Program-made: the position numbers and the translations under genes
NCBI GenBank assembly: GCA_016294165.1
Contig: JAEDCM010000003.1
Coordinates: forward strand, 15,703-79,702
Reading direction: 5' to 3'
Length of the DNA stretch: 64,000 nucleotides
Origin: Anaeroplasmataceae bacterium
GTDB lineage: Bacteria > Bacillota_I > Bacilli_A > Acholeplasmatales > JAEDCM01
Notes under the pieces: generated by a model
The model's input: only the letters and a program-made list of their open reading frames with translations
Told to the model about the DNA's origin: nothing
The model's database searches: none
In this document: piece by piece, positions 62,112 through 64,000 of the stretch
Layout of the letters: every line of letters begins with the position of its first letter
Numbering within the stretch: the first letter of the stretch is position 1

Positions 62112-63921
62112 TTTTCAAGAAAAAGATTATCATAAAGAAGAAGGTGTTTGGAAAAAAATATTTAAAACAGTTTTAAATGATAAGAAAGATTTATTCATGA
62201 TGCTTTTCTTCGTTATTGTTTTAGCAATACTAGATGTTGTTTATCCATTGATCAATACTTATGCTATTGATAAGGTTATTGAGGTCAAAAATTATGATCG
62301 TGTTTATCTTTTAATCATCTTTTATGCTATAGCTACTATTGCTTATGGTATAACTGTTTTTGGGTTTTTAAAATATGGTGGTAAAATTGAAGTTTTTGTT
62401 AGCTATCAATTGCGTAAGGAATCATATGAAAACCTTCAAAAACTGCCATTTTCATATTTTGATCGTACACCACAAGGATGGTTGATGGCCCGTATGACAA
62501 GTGATTCTCGAAAACTTGCAAATATTCTTTCATGGGGAATGATTGATATGCTTTGGGGAATTCTAAATATGATTGGTATTTTGATTGTAATTTTCTTTAT
62601 TAATGTTAAATTAGCGTTGATTATTTTAATATTAATGCCAATTTTATTACTATTTGCAATATTTTGTAGACGCAAAATGTTAAAACATTACCGTAGTGCT
62701 CGTAAGATTAATTCGCAGATTACTGCCGCATATAATGAAGGTTTTATGGGAAGTAAAACAACAAAAAGCTTAGTAATTGAAAATGATAATAAGAAGGAAT
62801 TTAATGATTTAGCTTATAATTATCGTCGTTCATCATTAAGAGCGATTTTCTTTCAAGCATTATTTGGACCAGTCATTTTTATCTTAGGATACACTGGAGT
62901 AGCAACTACTTTATTCTTTGGTGGAAAGATGGTTTTAAATGGAGTAATTACTGTTGGGGTATTATATTTGTTTATTGATTATACAATTAAGTTCTTTGAC
63001 CCAGTTATGCAGGTTTCTAGAGTTTTAGGAGATTTTCAAAATGCGCAAGCATCAGCGGAGCGTATTGTTTCATTAATTAATACTATACCGGAAATTCAAG
63101 ATACGCCAGAGGTTGTGGAAAAATATGGTGATACCTTCAATCATAAAAAGGAAAATTGGGAAGAATTAGTTGGTGATGTGGAATTTAAGGATGTAACATT
63201 CAAATATAATGAAGGCGAAACAGTTTTAAAAAACTTCAATTTAAAGATTAAACATGGTCAATCAGTCGCCTTAGTTGGACATACTGGAAGTGGAAAATCG
63301 ACAATTGTTAATTTGATTTGCCGTTTTTATGAGCCAACAAGTGGTGAAATTTTGATTGATGGTAGAAACTATAAAGAAAGAAGTGTAGCTTGGCTACATT
63401 CAAATATAGGATATGTATTACAAAGTCCGCAATTATTTAGTGGAACAATCATGGAAAATATTCGCTATGGAAACTTGGAGGCATCAGATGATGATGTAAT
63501 CAATGCGGCAAAGATTGTTAACGCACATGATTTTATAATGAAGATGGATAAAGGATATCAAAGTATCGTTGGTGAGGGTGGAAATAATATGAGCTTAGGA
63601 GAAAAGCAATTGATTAGCTTTGCTCGTGCGATAATTGCTGATCCAAAGATTTTAATTCTAGATGAGGCAACATCAAGTATTGATACTTTGACAGAAGAGT
63701 CTATTCAATCTGCCATAGCAAAGGTTATGGAAAATAGAACAAGCTTTGCAATAGCTCATCGTCTTTCAACAATTGTTAATTCAGATTTAATTTTAGTATT
63801 AGATAAGGGTGAAGTCGTAGAAAGTGGAACCCATGAAGAACTGCTAAACTTAAGAGGATATTATTTTGAATTATATAAAAATCAATTTATGCAAGAATTA
63901 AGCGAGAGTGTTGCAAAATAA
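62104..63921 (+). CDS. ABC transporter permease/ATP-binding protein (exporter subunit 2)
   Basis: TMD plus NBD (GHTGSGKST, LSLGEKQ, ILILDEATSS); GGAGGTG RBS before the ATG at 62104; overlaps the upstream partner. Confidence 0.85.
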   Translation: MSSFQEKDYHKEEGVWKKIFKTVLNDKKDLFMMLFFVIVLAILDVVYPLINTYAIDKVIEVKNYDRVYLLIIFYAIATIAYGITVFGFLKYGGKIEVFVSYQLRKESYENLQKLPFSYFDRTPQGWLMARMTSDSRKLANILSWGMIDMLWGILNMIGILIVIFFINVKLALIILILMPILLLFAIFCRRKMLKHYRSARKINSQITAAYNEGFMGSKTTKSLVIENDNKKEFNDLAYNYRRSSLRAIFFQALFGPVIFILGYTGVATTLFFGGKMVLNGVITVGVLYLFIDYTIKFFDPVMQVSRVLGDFQNAQASAERIVSLINTIPEIQDTPEVVEKYGDTFNHKKENWEELVGDVEFKDVTFKYNEGETVLKNFNLKIKHGQSVALVGHTGSGKSTIVNLICRFYEPTSGEILIDGRNYKERSVAWLHSNIGYVLQSPQLFSGTIMENIRYGNLEASDDDVINAAKIVNAHDFIMKMDKGYQSIVGEGGNNMSLGEKQLISFARAIIADPKILILDEATSSIDTLTEESIQSAIAKVMENRTSFAIAHRLSTIVNSDLILVLDKGEVVESGTHEELLNLRGYYFELYKNQFMQELSESVAK

Positions 63922-63946
63922 AAAAAGCAGGAAGTGAAATGAAGCG

Positions 63947-64000
63947 AACCCCTTAAGTTGGACTAGAGAAATCTAGAAAAACTTAGGGGGTTTTTATTTT
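63947..64000 (+). terminator. Intrinsic terminator after the ABC exporter operon
   Basis: aaccccttaagtt/aacttaggggg stem enclosing the ctagagaaatctag palindrome, followed by tttttatttt. Confidence 0.7.

Overview
This window looks like a chromosomal segment from an AT-rich (low-GC) Gram-positive bacterium (Bacillota-like codon usage and gene order). Most of it is housekeeping. Genes recognised: ilvE, a 7TM HD-GYP protein, tmcAL, yceD-rpmF, rsmH, and an ABC-F ATPase. Both T-box leaders are followed by an intrinsic terminator and preceded by a sigma-A-like promoter: one is followed by pheST, the other by the ilvN-ilvC-cimA/leuA-leuCD-leuB-ilvD-ilvB operon. Also present: rlmN, a kinase-less PASTA protein, rsgA, an NfeD-flotillin pair, rpe, thiamine pyrophosphokinase, rpmB, fakA(yloV), recG, plsX, rnc, NUDIX, dnaD, nth. 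Pectin-related genes are a cytoplasmic GH28 polygalacturonase and a 1258-aa CE8 pectinesterase lipoprotein. Housekeeping is interrupted by a roughly 11.5-kb AT-richer accessory island (about 13.9-25.3 kb) with no integrase or transposase. The island carries two things. First, a translationally coupled two-gene minus-strand operon: a 434-aa unknown protein followed by an 887-aa DEAH-type SF2 helicase (Hachiman-like anti-phage candidate). Second, a polymorphic-toxin cassette: a stand-alone sigma-70 region-4-like regulator preceded by a strongly terminated non-coding element, then three coupled genes (231-aa unknown, 85-aa single-TM protein, 1561-aa Rhs/YD-repeat protein). The Rhs protein has no N-terminal secretion domain and ends in a DPxG autoproteolysis motif plus a 192-aa glycine-zipper-rich hydrophobic C-terminal domain. 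A small soluble putative immunity gene follows. Near the 3' end, an HTH-TPR (Rgg/RNPP-like) regulator is followed by an unannotated 25-codon hydrophobic peptide ORF and two heterodimeric ABC exporters, suggesting a peptide signalling or export module. A second unannotated small ORF (Cse60-like, 54 aa) lies just upstream. No rRNA, tRNA, CRISPR or IS element was seen.
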